From assembly GCA_039920305.1 (NCBI GenBank), contig JBDSEA010000083.1, positions 1 through 49,109 of the forward strand: DNA of 49,109 bases. Reading direction: 5' to 3'. Below, piece by piece: positions 37,672-46,129 of this stretch; position 1 is the stretch's first letter; the number at the start of each line of letters is the position of its first letter. Both the position numbers and the translations under genes were made by a program. The stretch is from Chitinophagales bacterium. Lineage in GTDB: Bacteria; Bacteroidota; Bacteroidia; Chitinophagales; UBA10324. Below the pieces are notes generated by a model that made no database searches, was not told the origin of the DNA, and was given only the letters and a program-made list of their open reading frames with translations.

Positions 37672-39654
37672 GTGCAGCTTTCCATCATCATTGTCAATTA
37701 CAATGTCCGCTTCTTTCTGGAGCAGGCGCTGCTTTCAGTAAGAAAAGCGATTCAGAATATTTCAGCAGAGATTTTTGTGGTGGATAATAATTCTGTAGAT
37801 GGCAGTCTTGAGCTGATCAGGGAGAAATTTCCGGATGTTATTCTTATTGAAAACAAAGAAAATGCAGGATTCGCAAAAGCAAACAATCAGGCGATTGAAA
37901 AAGCCCGGGGTGATTTTATATTGCTCCTGAATCCTGATACAATCGTTGAGGAAGATACCTTTGAAAAATGCCTGCGCTTCATGCAGCAGCATCCTGAGGC
38001 CGGTGGATTAGGTGTGAAAATGCTGGATGGCAAAGGGAATTTTCTTCCTGAGTCCAAGCGGGGATTTCCAACACCCTTTGTCGCTTTCTGCAAGGCATTC
38101 GGACTCTCCAAAATCTTTCCGCATTCAAAATTTTTTAACCGCTATCATCTTGGCTATCTCAGTGAAAATAAAACCCAGGAGATTGATGTGCTTGCCGGTG
38201 CTTTCATGTTCCTTAGGAAATCCGTATTGCTGAAATCGGGGTTGCTCGATGAGCAGTTTTTTATGTACGGGGAAGATATTGACCTCTCATACCGGATCGT
38301 GCAGGCCGGCTACAAAAATTTTTATTTTCCTGAAACAAGAATCATCCACTACAAGGGGGAAAGCACCAGGAAAGGCTCGCTGAATTATGTGCGCATGTTC
38401 TACCAGGCTATGATCATATTCGCCGGTAAGCATTTCTCATCAGGAAGCAGAAGCGTGTATGTTCTCATGCTTCGGCTTGCAATTTATTTGCGCGCATTGC
38501 TTTCAGTTCTTTCACGCTTGGTAAAGCGATGGAGCATTCCCCTGCTCGATGCAATAGCCATTTATTCAGGCATGATCGTTATCAAGAATTATTGGGAGAA
38601 TCATATCAAGCTCAGTGAAGGATTAAAATATCCGGAGGAATATATTTTCATTGTTATTCCCTCCTATGTCCTGGTCTGGATGCTTTCAGTTTTCCTGAGC
38701 GGCGGGTATGAAAAGAATTCCCGCCCTGCGCGAACTGTCAGAGGATTATTTATTGGCACCATTGCAATAGCAGCAATTTATGCCTTCCTTCCTGAAAGCC
38801 TTCGTTTTTCGCGGGCCATGATTCTGCTGGGTGCCGCATGGGCAGTTTTTATTACCATCATGATCCGGCTGGTTGCACACTGGCTTCAGCATCGAAATCT
38901 GCATCTTGGTGAAACTCCGGAAAAGAAGATGATCCTGGTGGGAAATGAACAGGAAACGATACGGGTTGCCAACATGCTCAACCAGGCAAAAGTTAAAAAT
39001 GATCTTATTGGATTTGTTTCTGTAAATGGTACAGCACACCACACCTCTCAGCTTCTCGGTGATCTGTATCAGTTAAAAGAGATAGCAGCAATTTATAAGG
39101 TGGATGAGATTATTTTTTGTGCAAAAGATATTTCTTCACAAAAAATTATAGAATGGATGACGCTTATCGGCCCTGATCCGGAGTACAAGATTGTTCCCGA
39201 AGATTCAATGAGCATCATCGGCAGCAGCTCAAAAGATTCACAGGGTGAGTTATACACGATTAATGTACGGCTGGCAATCACTACACCGTTCAACAAAAGA
39301 AATAAGCGCCTCTTCGATCTGATTGCCGGGGTTTTTTTAATCATCACCTTACCGCTCAATATTTTCTTCATTAAAAATCCCCCTCATCTTATTCAAAATA
39401 TTTTTTGGGTGCTGGCAGGAACAAAAACATGGGTTGGCTATGCAGGAAATGAATTGCAGCAGCATCAGCTTCCCGCACTAAAACAAGGTGTGATCACTCC
39501 GCTGGACGAATTGATAAAACTTAAAAACTCGGAGAATAATACTTCTTTGAACGATATCACCATTTCACGCATCAATTTGATGTATGCAAAAGATTATTCC
39601 ACTACTAAAGACGCTGAATTATTTATTAAATGCTTCAGGTGGCTGGGATCATAA
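37672..39654 (+). CDS. GT2-family glycosyltransferase fused to a membrane PGT (WbaP/WcaJ-like) scaffold lacking the phosphotransferase catalytic core
   Basis: The N-terminal GT2 domain reads LSIIIVNYNVRFFL...VVDNNSVDGS...LLNPDT...YGEDIDLSYR. About 5 TM segments follow. A Rossmann-like linker reads KKMILVGNEQETIRVANML...VDEIIFC. The PGT reentrant-helix motif is NKRLFDLIAGVFLIITLP. It is joined directly to the PGT tail (VLAGTKTWVGY...INLMYAKDYSTTKDAELFIKCF). Confidence 0.8.
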   Translation: MQLSIIIVNYNVRFFLEQALLSVRKAIQNISAEIFVVDNNSVDGSLELIREKFPDVILIENKENAGFAKANNQAIEKARGDFILLLNPDTIVEEDTFEKCLRFMQQHPEAGGLGVKMLDGKGNFLPESKRGFPTPFVAFCKAFGLSKIFPHSKFFNRYHLGYLSENKTQEIDVLAGAFMFLRKSVLLKSGLLDEQFFMYGEDIDLSYRIVQAGYKNFYFPETRIIHYKGESTRKGSLNYVRMFYQAMIIFAGKHFSSGSRSVYVLMLRLAIYLRALLSVLSRLVKRWSIPLLDAIAIYSGMIVIKNYWENHIKLSEGLKYPEEYIFIVIPSYVLVWMLSVFLSGGYEKNSRPARTVRGLFIGTIAIAAIYAFLPESLRFSRAMILLGAAWAVFITIMIRLVAHWLQHRNLHLGETPEKKMILVGNEQETIRVANMLNQAKVKNDLIGFVSVNGTAHHTSQLLGDLYQLKEIAAIYKVDEIIFCAKDISSQKIIEWMTLIGPDPEYKIVPEDSMSIIGSSSKDSQGELYTINVRLAITTPFNKRNKRLFDLIAGVFLIITLPLNIFFIKNPPHLIQNIFWVLAGTKTWVGYAGNELQQHQLPALKQGVITPLDELIKLKNSENNTSLNDITISRINLMYAKDYSTTKDAELFIKCFRWLGS

Positions 39655-39655
39655 T

Positions 39656-40360
39656 TCACTCTGCGGACCATTTATGAGACTTCTTCATATATCTTATGAA
39701 CAGATAGCAGATCAATATCAATATTATCGCAGCAATGAATAACGGTAACCGCAAATAAAAGTCTTCCCTGCTTTCCTGCCAGTAAGTTTTCATAATCAGT
39801 AAAACAAAACCGGTAAGCCACAAGCAGGTTGAATTGTATTCCTTGATCAGCACGCGCCTGATGCTGAATCTCATCGTTGAGAAAGTGTCGGAAATTCCTT
39901 TAAAATCGGGAAGCCACCGGTTCACTTTAAGCCGGTAAGCTGAATATGCCGGACCAAAATTTTGAAGTAAAAAATTCTCCTCAGCGAGCACTATGGACTG
40001 GTAAAACAAAATAAACAGGGGTAATAAGATCAAAACGAATAACAGGGAATTAGCTGCCACACCAAGGCCAAGGAGGATTAAAATATTCCCGATGTACAAT
40101 GGGTTTCTGCAGTGTGAAAAAATTCCATTGGTGATCAGAGCTGAAGAGTAGATCGTTCGTTCCCTGCCGCCATGCTGAATGTTTACAAACCCCATCACCA
40201 GCGCCCGGATGCCTTCACCGGTAAAAGCAATGAGCGCCCCTGTAAAGACTGTAATAAAAGAGCTGTGAAAAATCTTCGTAGATGGGATAAAAAGCAGCAG
40301 GTAAAAGACAGGAAACAGAAAATTGCGGTAGTGAAAGATCCAGTTGCCGAATTTTACCAT
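39656..40360 (-). CDS. ICMT/PEMT-family membrane methyltransferase-like protein
   Basis: 234 aa, multi-TM, with the family motif GIFSHCRNPLYIGN. Confidence 0.75.
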   Translation of the reverse strand: MVKFGNWIFHYRNFLFPVFYLLLFIPSTKIFHSSFITVFTGALIAFTGEGIRALVMGFVNIQHGGRERTIYSSALITNGIFSHCRNPLYIGNILILLGLGVAANSLLFVLILLPLFILFYQSIVLAEENFLLQNFGPAYSAYRLKVNRWLPDFKGISDTFSTMRFSIRRVLIKEYNSTCLWLTGFVLLIMKTYWQESREDFYLRLPLFIAAIILILICYLFIRYMKKSHKWSAE

Positions 40361-40479
40361 TGATTCTTTATAGGGATAAATTTAGAATTGCGCTCCAAAT
40401 CAGGATTTCTATTGTGTGACTTATTACTCCGGGCTTAGAACACCGGGATATTAGTAAAAGCTCTGTACCAGCCATCCGG

Positions 40480-42366
40480 CTAAGAATACGCCCTCACATC
40501 TTTTCCTTCCATAAAATTCATGAAAGCGCGATTGACAACCTTATTGCCTCCTGGTGTTGGATAGTTACCGGAGAAATACCAGTCACCAAGATTTCCCGGA
40601 CAGGCGCGGTGAAGATCTTCAATGGTTTGAAAGATAATTTGCACTTCAGCACCTATGCTTTCATCTTTTACAAGCAGGGCAATTTCTTCCGCTGTTTCTT
40701 CCTCTGTAAATAATTCATATAGCGACTTCACCTCGTTCACCATTTCTGTTGCCGGAAGAATCAGCTGCTGCTTGCATTTTTCATACACATCATCCAGCGC
40801 ATTCTCTTTCCCGGTTTTATTTAGAAGTGATAAGAGTGCACGAAAAGCAACGAAATCCTTCATCTTGCTCATATCTATTCCATAGCAATCGGGATAGCGT
40901 ATCTGAGGAGCTGAAGAAACAATGATGATCTTTTTGGGACCAAGACGATCGAGCATTTTAATAATGCTTCTCTTGAGCGTGGTTCCGCGCACGATGGAAT
41001 CATCAATTACTACAATCGTATCATCACCTCTGCGGATGCTTCCGTAAGTAATGTCATACACGTGCTCTACAAGAGCATTACGCTGTGCATCCTGGGTAAT
41101 AAAAGTGCGCATCTTTGCATCCTTGATTGCAATCTTTTCAACACGCGGGCGCAGGTCAATAATTTCCTTAAGCTGCTGATTATTGAGATTGTTTTTACGA
41201 ATGCGCTCAAATTTATATTGATTCAGGTGGGTTTCAATGCCCTTCATCATACCATAAAAAGCAACTTCAGCGGTGTTGGGAATGAAGGAAAAAACAGTAT
41301 GCTGAAAATCGTGATCAATTGTTTTAAGTACTGAAGGAACAAGAAAGCAACCCAGATTTTTCCGCTCCTCATATATATCCTTATCGCTTCCTCTTGAAAA
41401 ATAGATCCGCTCGAAGCTGCAGGATTTTTTTTCCCGGGGCGCCGCACATTGATGCTCTGCAACATGACCATTCCTGTCAGCTATTACCGCATACCCCGGC
41501 TTGAGCTCTTTGATCTGGCCCAGCGAGACATTGAATGCTGTTTGGATTGCGGGACGCTCGCTTGCCACTACCATCACTTCATCATCCAGATAATAAAATG
41601 CAGGCCTTATACCTGATGGATCACGCATCGCAAATGAATATCCTGCTCCTGACAACCCGGCTAATACATAACCACCATCAAATTCCTTTGCCGCCTGCCG
41701 TAACACTTTTTTAAAATCAATCCCGTCACGCAGGCGGTTGCGAAAATCCGGCTGCGCTATTCCTTCCTTACGCAATTGAGCTACAACCTTTATAATTTCC
41801 TTTTCCAGGTACATCGTTACCCTGTCCAGCACTACCGCAGTATCAGGACGTGAGTATTTCTCTTCCTCACTCCAGCCCAGCTCTTCAATATTGGTGAGAT
41901 TAAAATTACCGGCCATAATGAGGCTTCTTGTAGAGGAATGATGCTGATTAACAAAGGGATGGCAACTGTCAATTTCATTTCTTCCATAAGTTCCGTATCG
42001 CAGGTGACCGAGCAGCATTTCCGCAACAAAACTTACATTATTCTTAAGCCACTCCACATTCTCAGCGAGTGATGGATTTGCCCGGGTTAGCTTATTAATT
42101 TTGAGATAAATCTTCTGGAAAATTTCAGCAATTGCGGAAGGGGAATTCGAGCGGTAACGGCTCATAAAACGGTGACCCTGGGTAGCGTTCAGCTTAATAG
42201 AACCAATGCCGGCGCCATCTTGCCCGCGGTTATGCTGCTTCTCCATGAGCACATAAAGCTTATTCAAGCCATATAATGCAGTACCATACTTTTCCTTGTA
42301 AAATGAAAGTGGCTTAAGCAACCTGATCAGGGCTATTCCGCATTCATGCTTAATGGGATCACTCAT
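40480..42366 (-). CDS. purF: Amidophosphoribosyltransferase (long, Bacteroidetes-type class II)
   Basis: N-terminal nucleophile context KHECGIALI, Ntn GATase domain and PRPP-binding loop VVIDDSIVRGTT. Confidence 0.93.
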   Translation of the reverse strand: MSDPIKHECGIALIRLLKPLSFYKEKYGTALYGLNKLYVLMEKQHNRGQDGAGIGSIKLNATQGHRFMSRYRSNSPSAIAEIFQKIYLKINKLTRANPSLAENVEWLKNNVSFVAEMLLGHLRYGTYGRNEIDSCHPFVNQHHSSTRSLIMAGNFNLTNIEELGWSEEEKYSRPDTAVVLDRVTMYLEKEIIKVVAQLRKEGIAQPDFRNRLRDGIDFKKVLRQAAKEFDGGYVLAGLSGAGYSFAMRDPSGIRPAFYYLDDEVMVVASERPAIQTAFNVSLGQIKELKPGYAVIADRNGHVAEHQCAAPREKKSCSFERIYFSRGSDKDIYEERKNLGCFLVPSVLKTIDHDFQHTVFSFIPNTAEVAFYGMMKGIETHLNQYKFERIRKNNLNNQQLKEIIDLRPRVEKIAIKDAKMRTFITQDAQRNALVEHVYDITYGSIRRGDDTIVVIDDSIVRGTTLKRSIIKMLDRLGPKKIIIVSSAPQIRYPDCYGIDMSKMKDFVAFRALLSLLNKTGKENALDDVYEKCKQQLILPATEMVNEVKSLYELFTEEETAEEIALLVKDESIGAEVQIIFQTIEDLHRACPGNLGDWYFSGNYPTPGGNKVVNRAFMNFMEGKDVRAYS

Positions 42367-42524
42367 TAGTGGAGAAGATGAAGGGCAAAATTAAAACAAA
42401 TGAAAGAAGAGGATGCTTACTAATTCCTACATTTGCACAATTGCCAGTGTCAGTAATAGCTGGAATCTCCGCTAAAATTTAAAACAAACCATTCCGCACA
42501 CAATTTTTACCCAATGATCATAAA

Positions 42525-42938
42525 ATGTTTGGCATGAAAAGGGCAGAAGAATTAATATCGCCTACTCAAAATTTTCTGAATATGGAAACACTTTCATTAC
42601 AACTTAACCCAAAGCGCTGGATCATGAGCGGTTTCATGTTAACGCTTCCTACCCTGCTATTCTGGAGTGCAGTAGGTTACTCTGTGCTTACGCATAATCA
42701 TACCTATGTGGATGAGATGCTTTCTTATGGAGGCACTTTCAGTCATATCCTGCTGGTTGCTATTCTGCCATTTGCAAGTTTTGGTGTGGCCATGCTTTGC
42801 CGGATGGGACTTCGGCGCCAGGCAATTGCCCGTAACATCTGGCATCGTGATACACCCGAAATGAAGGTAAACCAGAGCCTGATCAACTGGAATGTTATGC
42901 TGATTTCAGTGATGATCATCAGTCTTATTAACAACTGA
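42525..42938 (+). CDS. Small hypothetical membrane protein (3 predicted TM)
   Basis: ORF only. Hydrophobic segments are GFMLTLPTLLFWSAVGYSVL, ILLVAILPFASFGVAML and VMLISVMIISLI. The start is uncertain. Confidence 0.4.
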   Translation: MFGMKRAEELISPTQNFLNMETLSLQLNPKRWIMSGFMLTLPTLLFWSAVGYSVLTHNHTYVDEMLSYGGTFSHILLVAILPFASFGVAMLCRMGLRRQAIARNIWHRDTPEMKVNQSLINWNVMLISVMIISLINN

Positions 42939-42976
42939 TTACTCACTCTGAGCCAGAGTAAAGGTTAAAAGGCTCC

Positions 42977-44188
42977 TCAGGAAGCTGTAAAGGTTTTTCG
43001 TATTCCATTAAAGGGATTGAAATCACGAAGGTGAAACCCTAATCCCACAGCTCGCTGCACAGCATGGTCACCAAAGCGCTTTCGCATTTTATCCATCGCC
43101 TGGTATAGCTGGATCAACTGCTCTGAATCCTCAAATACATTAATCTGGTAACCTCCGCTAACAAGATGGCTTAAGCGTACCCCTGTTAATCTTATCAGCA
43201 TGCGGCGGTTATAAAGCTTATCAAATAATTCCTTTACCCGCGGAATGAGCTGATGGTCACAGTTGGTATAAGGAATCCGATGCTGCATGGTATGAGTATC
43301 AAAATTTGAGTAGCGGATCTTGATTGTGATGCATGAGGTGAGCTTATTTTCATTGCGAAGCTGAAGTGATAGTTTTTCAGTCATGGTGATCAGAAGCGAT
43401 TTCAGCATAACCAGGTCTATTGTATCCTGATCGAATGTTTCTTCTGATGAAATAGATTTCCTTTCGTTGTAAGCCACTACAGGCGAATCATCAATGCCGT
43501 TGGCTTTTTGCCATATAGAGATCCCGTTTTCGCCGAGCACGTCATGCATAAGCTCCGCCGGCATTTGCTGCAGTGTGAAAATTTTTTCGATACCCATCTG
43601 CCGCAAAAGCTGGTATGTCTTTTTACCCACCATTGGAATTTTACTTACTGACATAGGAGCAAGAAATTCTTTCTCTGTTCCCTGGTCTACTTTCCTGTTG
43701 CTGTTTGGCTTCACATAATCTGTGGCAACTTTCGAAACGGTTTTATTCACTGATAATCCAAAGGAGCTTGGCAAGCCCGTTTCTTTCTTCACCTTTTCCC
43801 ATAACTCTGTTGCCCATTTGTAACAACCGAAAAAGCGATCCATTCCAGTAACATCAATATAAAATTCATCAATGGAACTCTTTTCAAATACCGGCGACCG
43901 CTCACTGATGATCTCCGTTACTTCCTCAGATTTTTTGATGTACATTTCGTAATCACCCTGCACGATCATTGCTTCAGGACATAATCTCCTTGCAAGCTTC
44001 ATGGGCATGGCAGAGTGAATACCGAACGTTCGTGCTTCGTAGCTACAGGCGGCAACAACCCCGCGATCGCTGGTTCCACCGATCAATACCGGCTTGCCAT
44101 TAAGCGCTGCATTCATGAGGCGGCTCACTGCCACAAAAAAACAATCCAAATCAAGATGAACAATGGTGCGGTGAGAATTCAGGATCAT
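42977..44188 (-). CDS. dinB: DNA polymerase IV (Y-family translesion polymerase)
   Basis: IVHLDLDCFFVAVS catalytic motif, SIDEFYIDVT motif, and an HhH/little-finger region. Confidence 0.93.
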   Translation of the reverse strand: MILNSHRTIVHLDLDCFFVAVSRLMNAALNGKPVLIGGTSDRGVVAACSYEARTFGIHSAMPMKLARRLCPEAMIVQGDYEMYIKKSEEVTEIISERSPVFEKSSIDEFYIDVTGMDRFFGCYKWATELWEKVKKETGLPSSFGLSVNKTVSKVATDYVKPNSNRKVDQGTEKEFLAPMSVSKIPMVGKKTYQLLRQMGIEKIFTLQQMPAELMHDVLGENGISIWQKANGIDDSPVVAYNERKSISSEETFDQDTIDLVMLKSLLITMTEKLSLQLRNENKLTSCITIKIRYSNFDTHTMQHRIPYTNCDHQLIPRVKELFDKLYNRRMLIRLTGVRLSHLVSGGYQINVFEDSEQLIQLYQAMDKMRKRFGDHAVQRAVGLGFHLRDFNPFNGIRKTFTAS

Positions 44189-44200
44189 GCAGATAATTAA

Positions 44201-44245
44201 ATTGACCGTATTACAATCAGTTTGGAAGATTGTAATTTAGTCAAT
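44201..44245. promoter_or_regulatory. Nested palindrome: candidate operator of the S24 repressor in the dinB / repressor divergent region
   Basis: ATTGAC(44201-06)-N4-TTACAATC(44211-18)-N9-GATTGTAA(44228-35)-N4-GTCAAT(44240-45). Both arm pairs are perfect reverse complements. Confidence 0.55.
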
Positions 44246-44252
44246 AGTTTTG
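44221..44252 (+). promoter_or_regulatory. Bacteroidetes sigma-A type promoter for the XRE-S24 gene
   Basis: TTTG (44221-24), then 20 nt, then TAGTTTTG (44245-52). This matches the -33 TTTG / -7 TAnnTTTG consensus. It lies 21 nt upstream of ATG 44274 and is embedded in the palindrome. Confidence 0.5.
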
Positions 44253-44273
44253 AAGCGTTAAAAAAAAGAATTT

Positions 44274-45089
44274 ATGACGTTTAATCATAACATTAAGCTC
44301 CTTCGCTCCCGCAAGGAAAAAACACAGGATGTATTGGCGCGCGAGCTAAACATGAGCCGGTCAACGCTCAATAGCTATGAGAATGGAAGTGTAAAGAATC
44401 CAACCCTCGGGGCACTTCTCGGATTTTCAAAATATTTCAAGGTTTCGATTGATACACTAGTAAAAATTGATATGAGCAAACTTTCACAGTTTCAGCTCTC
44501 AGAACTACTGAGAGGAAACGATGTTTATATCACTGGCAGCAAACTTCGCGTGCTTGCCACAACGGTTGACAGTACCAATAAGGAAAACATTGAAGTGGTA
44601 CCGCTGAAAGCCAAAGCAGGATATAAGAATGGGTACGCTGATCCTGACTTTATTAATAAGCTACCTACATTTCAGCTCCCGATCTTATTTGATGACCGAA
44701 AGTATCGTATGTTCCAGATTGACGGTGATTCAATGCTTCCGATAAGCGATAAAAGCTTTGTGATTGGTGAATACCTGGAAAACTGGTTCGATATAAAGAA
44801 CGGCAATGCTTACATCCTGCTCACACAGCAGGAAGGAATTGTTTTTAAAATTGTGTACAATGAGCTGAAAAGAAAAAAGAAACTTGTGCTGCATTCACTC
44901 AACCCTGAATACAAGCCCTATGAGCTTGAAGTGCATGAGGTAAAAGAAGTTTGGAAGTTCGTGAATTACATAAGCAGTGAAATGCCGGAGCCACTCAGGC
45001 AAAGCGATGAACTGCTCCAATCAGTGGTGAAGATGGAAGAGGAACTGATGGTAATGAAGAACAGGTTGAGAGAAGATGTGGCAATCTGA
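44274..45089 (+). CDS. LexA-like repressor: XRE-family HTH fused to S24 peptidase domain
   Basis: The HTH reads TQDVLARELNMSRSTLNSYENG. A candidate Ala-Gly cleavage site is LKAKAGY. The S24 Ser is in IDGDSMLP and the Lys is in GIVFKIV. Confidence 0.88.
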   Translation: MTFNHNIKLLRSRKEKTQDVLARELNMSRSTLNSYENGSVKNPTLGALLGFSKYFKVSIDTLVKIDMSKLSQFQLSELLRGNDVYITGSKLRVLATTVDSTNKENIEVVPLKAKAGYKNGYADPDFINKLPTFQLPILFDDRKYRMFQIDGDSMLPISDKSFVIGEYLENWFDIKNGNAYILLTQQEGIVFKIVYNELKRKKKLVLHSLNPEYKPYELEVHEVKEVWKFVNYISSEMPEPLRQSDELLQSVVKMEEELMVMKNRLREDVAI

Positions 45090-45130
45090 TTCTCTGTTTT
45101 AAAATGATAAGTCACTCAGGAGTAATGAAT

Positions 45131-45170
45131 AGCGTGGTCGTTAATCGAATGACCAGCACCTGACCACGCT
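45131..45170 (+). terminator. Hairpin downstream of the S24 repressor gene (possible terminator)
   Basis: AGCGTGGTC (45131-39) pairs with GACCACGCT (45162-70), a 9-bp perfect stem, followed by TTTC. The 22-nt loop contains a second GGTC/GACC stem. The U-tract is poor. Confidence 0.3.
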
Positions 45171-45370
45171 TTCATGTATCATACAATTTCTGCAGAACAT
45201 GATTTGTTATGCAAATTGGTCTATTGTTTCTGTTTCCGGCATTTGCATGCTGATAAATAAGGATAATTTACTTTTAATGAACTACTGCATGTCTATTTTA
45301 TTGAATTCCTGTTATCCTCTTTCTTGAACCCTTCAAAAGTGTAATTTTAGCCTTGGGATGAAAATGTTTT

Positions 45371-45796
45371 GTGGCAAGGAAAAAAAATATAAAGTTTGAA
45401 CAGGATTTTGAAGGAGTAATTTTTGGTATCATCTCCCAGTTAAAGGATTACAGGCTTTGCTGGCACATCAACAAACAACTTGATTTGGACCTCAGGCGAA
45501 TGAATGATCTTGAAATTATAAACCGGAGAAAAAATAAAACAGCTATTTATAGCTTATATAAGTATGAAAACGAAATGGATAAATGGGTGGTGAATCTTGT
45601 TTCAAACAAATACCAGAGCGAGAATTTGATTCCGGAAATGAAGCAGGCAGATTTTTTTTTAGTGATCCGGGGTGAAGTGAATAACGACCACCGGCAGATG
45701 ATTTCATCTTCCCTTAAAAACATTTCTGATACCCAGCTTGTAATATTGATCGATTATGCCTCCCTCAAATCAGGAGAGTATTTAATATTTGAATAA
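45371..45796 (+). CDS. IPExxxVDY-family protein (function unknown, Bacteroidota-specific)
   Basis: GTG start. The sequence reads MARKKNIKFEQDFEGVIFGIISQLKDYRLCWHINKQL... and contains IPEMKQADF at the position of the family IPExxxVDY signature. Family recognised from memory only. Confidence 0.6.
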   Translation: MARKKNIKFEQDFEGVIFGIISQLKDYRLCWHINKQLDLDLRRMNDLEIINRRKNKTAIYSLYKYENEMDKWVVNLVSNKYQSENLIPEMKQADFFLVIRGEVNNDHRQMISSSLKNISDTQLVILIDYASLKSGEYLIFE

Positions 45797-45822
45797 ATTT
45801 AATTTAAAATCAACAATAAGAT

Positions 45823-46059
45823 ATGTGGATAGAAAAAGACAATAAGCTTTCACACACCTTCACCTTCAAGAATTTTGTGGAAGCATTCAGTTTCATGACC
45901 CGGGTAGCCATGATTGCAGAAAAGATGGATCACCATCCTTCATGGAATAACAATTATAATAAGGTTGAAATCAATCTTTCAACCCATGATGCAGGTGATA
46001 AGGTAACTGCAAAGGACCATAAACTTGCAGCTGCAATTGATAAAGTCCATGCATTGTGA
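45823..46059 (+). CDS. phhB: Pterin-4-alpha-carbinolamine dehydratase
   Basis: 78 aa with [24 protein letters not shown] (DHHP motif) and a typical PCD length. Confidence 0.9.
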   Translation: MWIEKDNKLSHTFTFKNFVEAFSFMTRVAMIAEKMDHHPSWNNNYNKVEINLSTHDAGDKVTAKDHKLAAAIDKVHAL

Positions 46060-46129
46060 AAATCTTTTATTTACTTTTGAGTGGCTTAGCAGTAAGATCC
46101 GTTCTGATTGCTCAGCTTCAAATTCCTTT

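Noticed and set aside
42945-42959. ACTCTG-agc-CAGAGT hairpin between the convergent small membrane ORF and dinB
   Set aside because: The stem is only 6 bp, the loop is 3 nt, and there is no U-tract on either strand. That is too weak to call a terminator.
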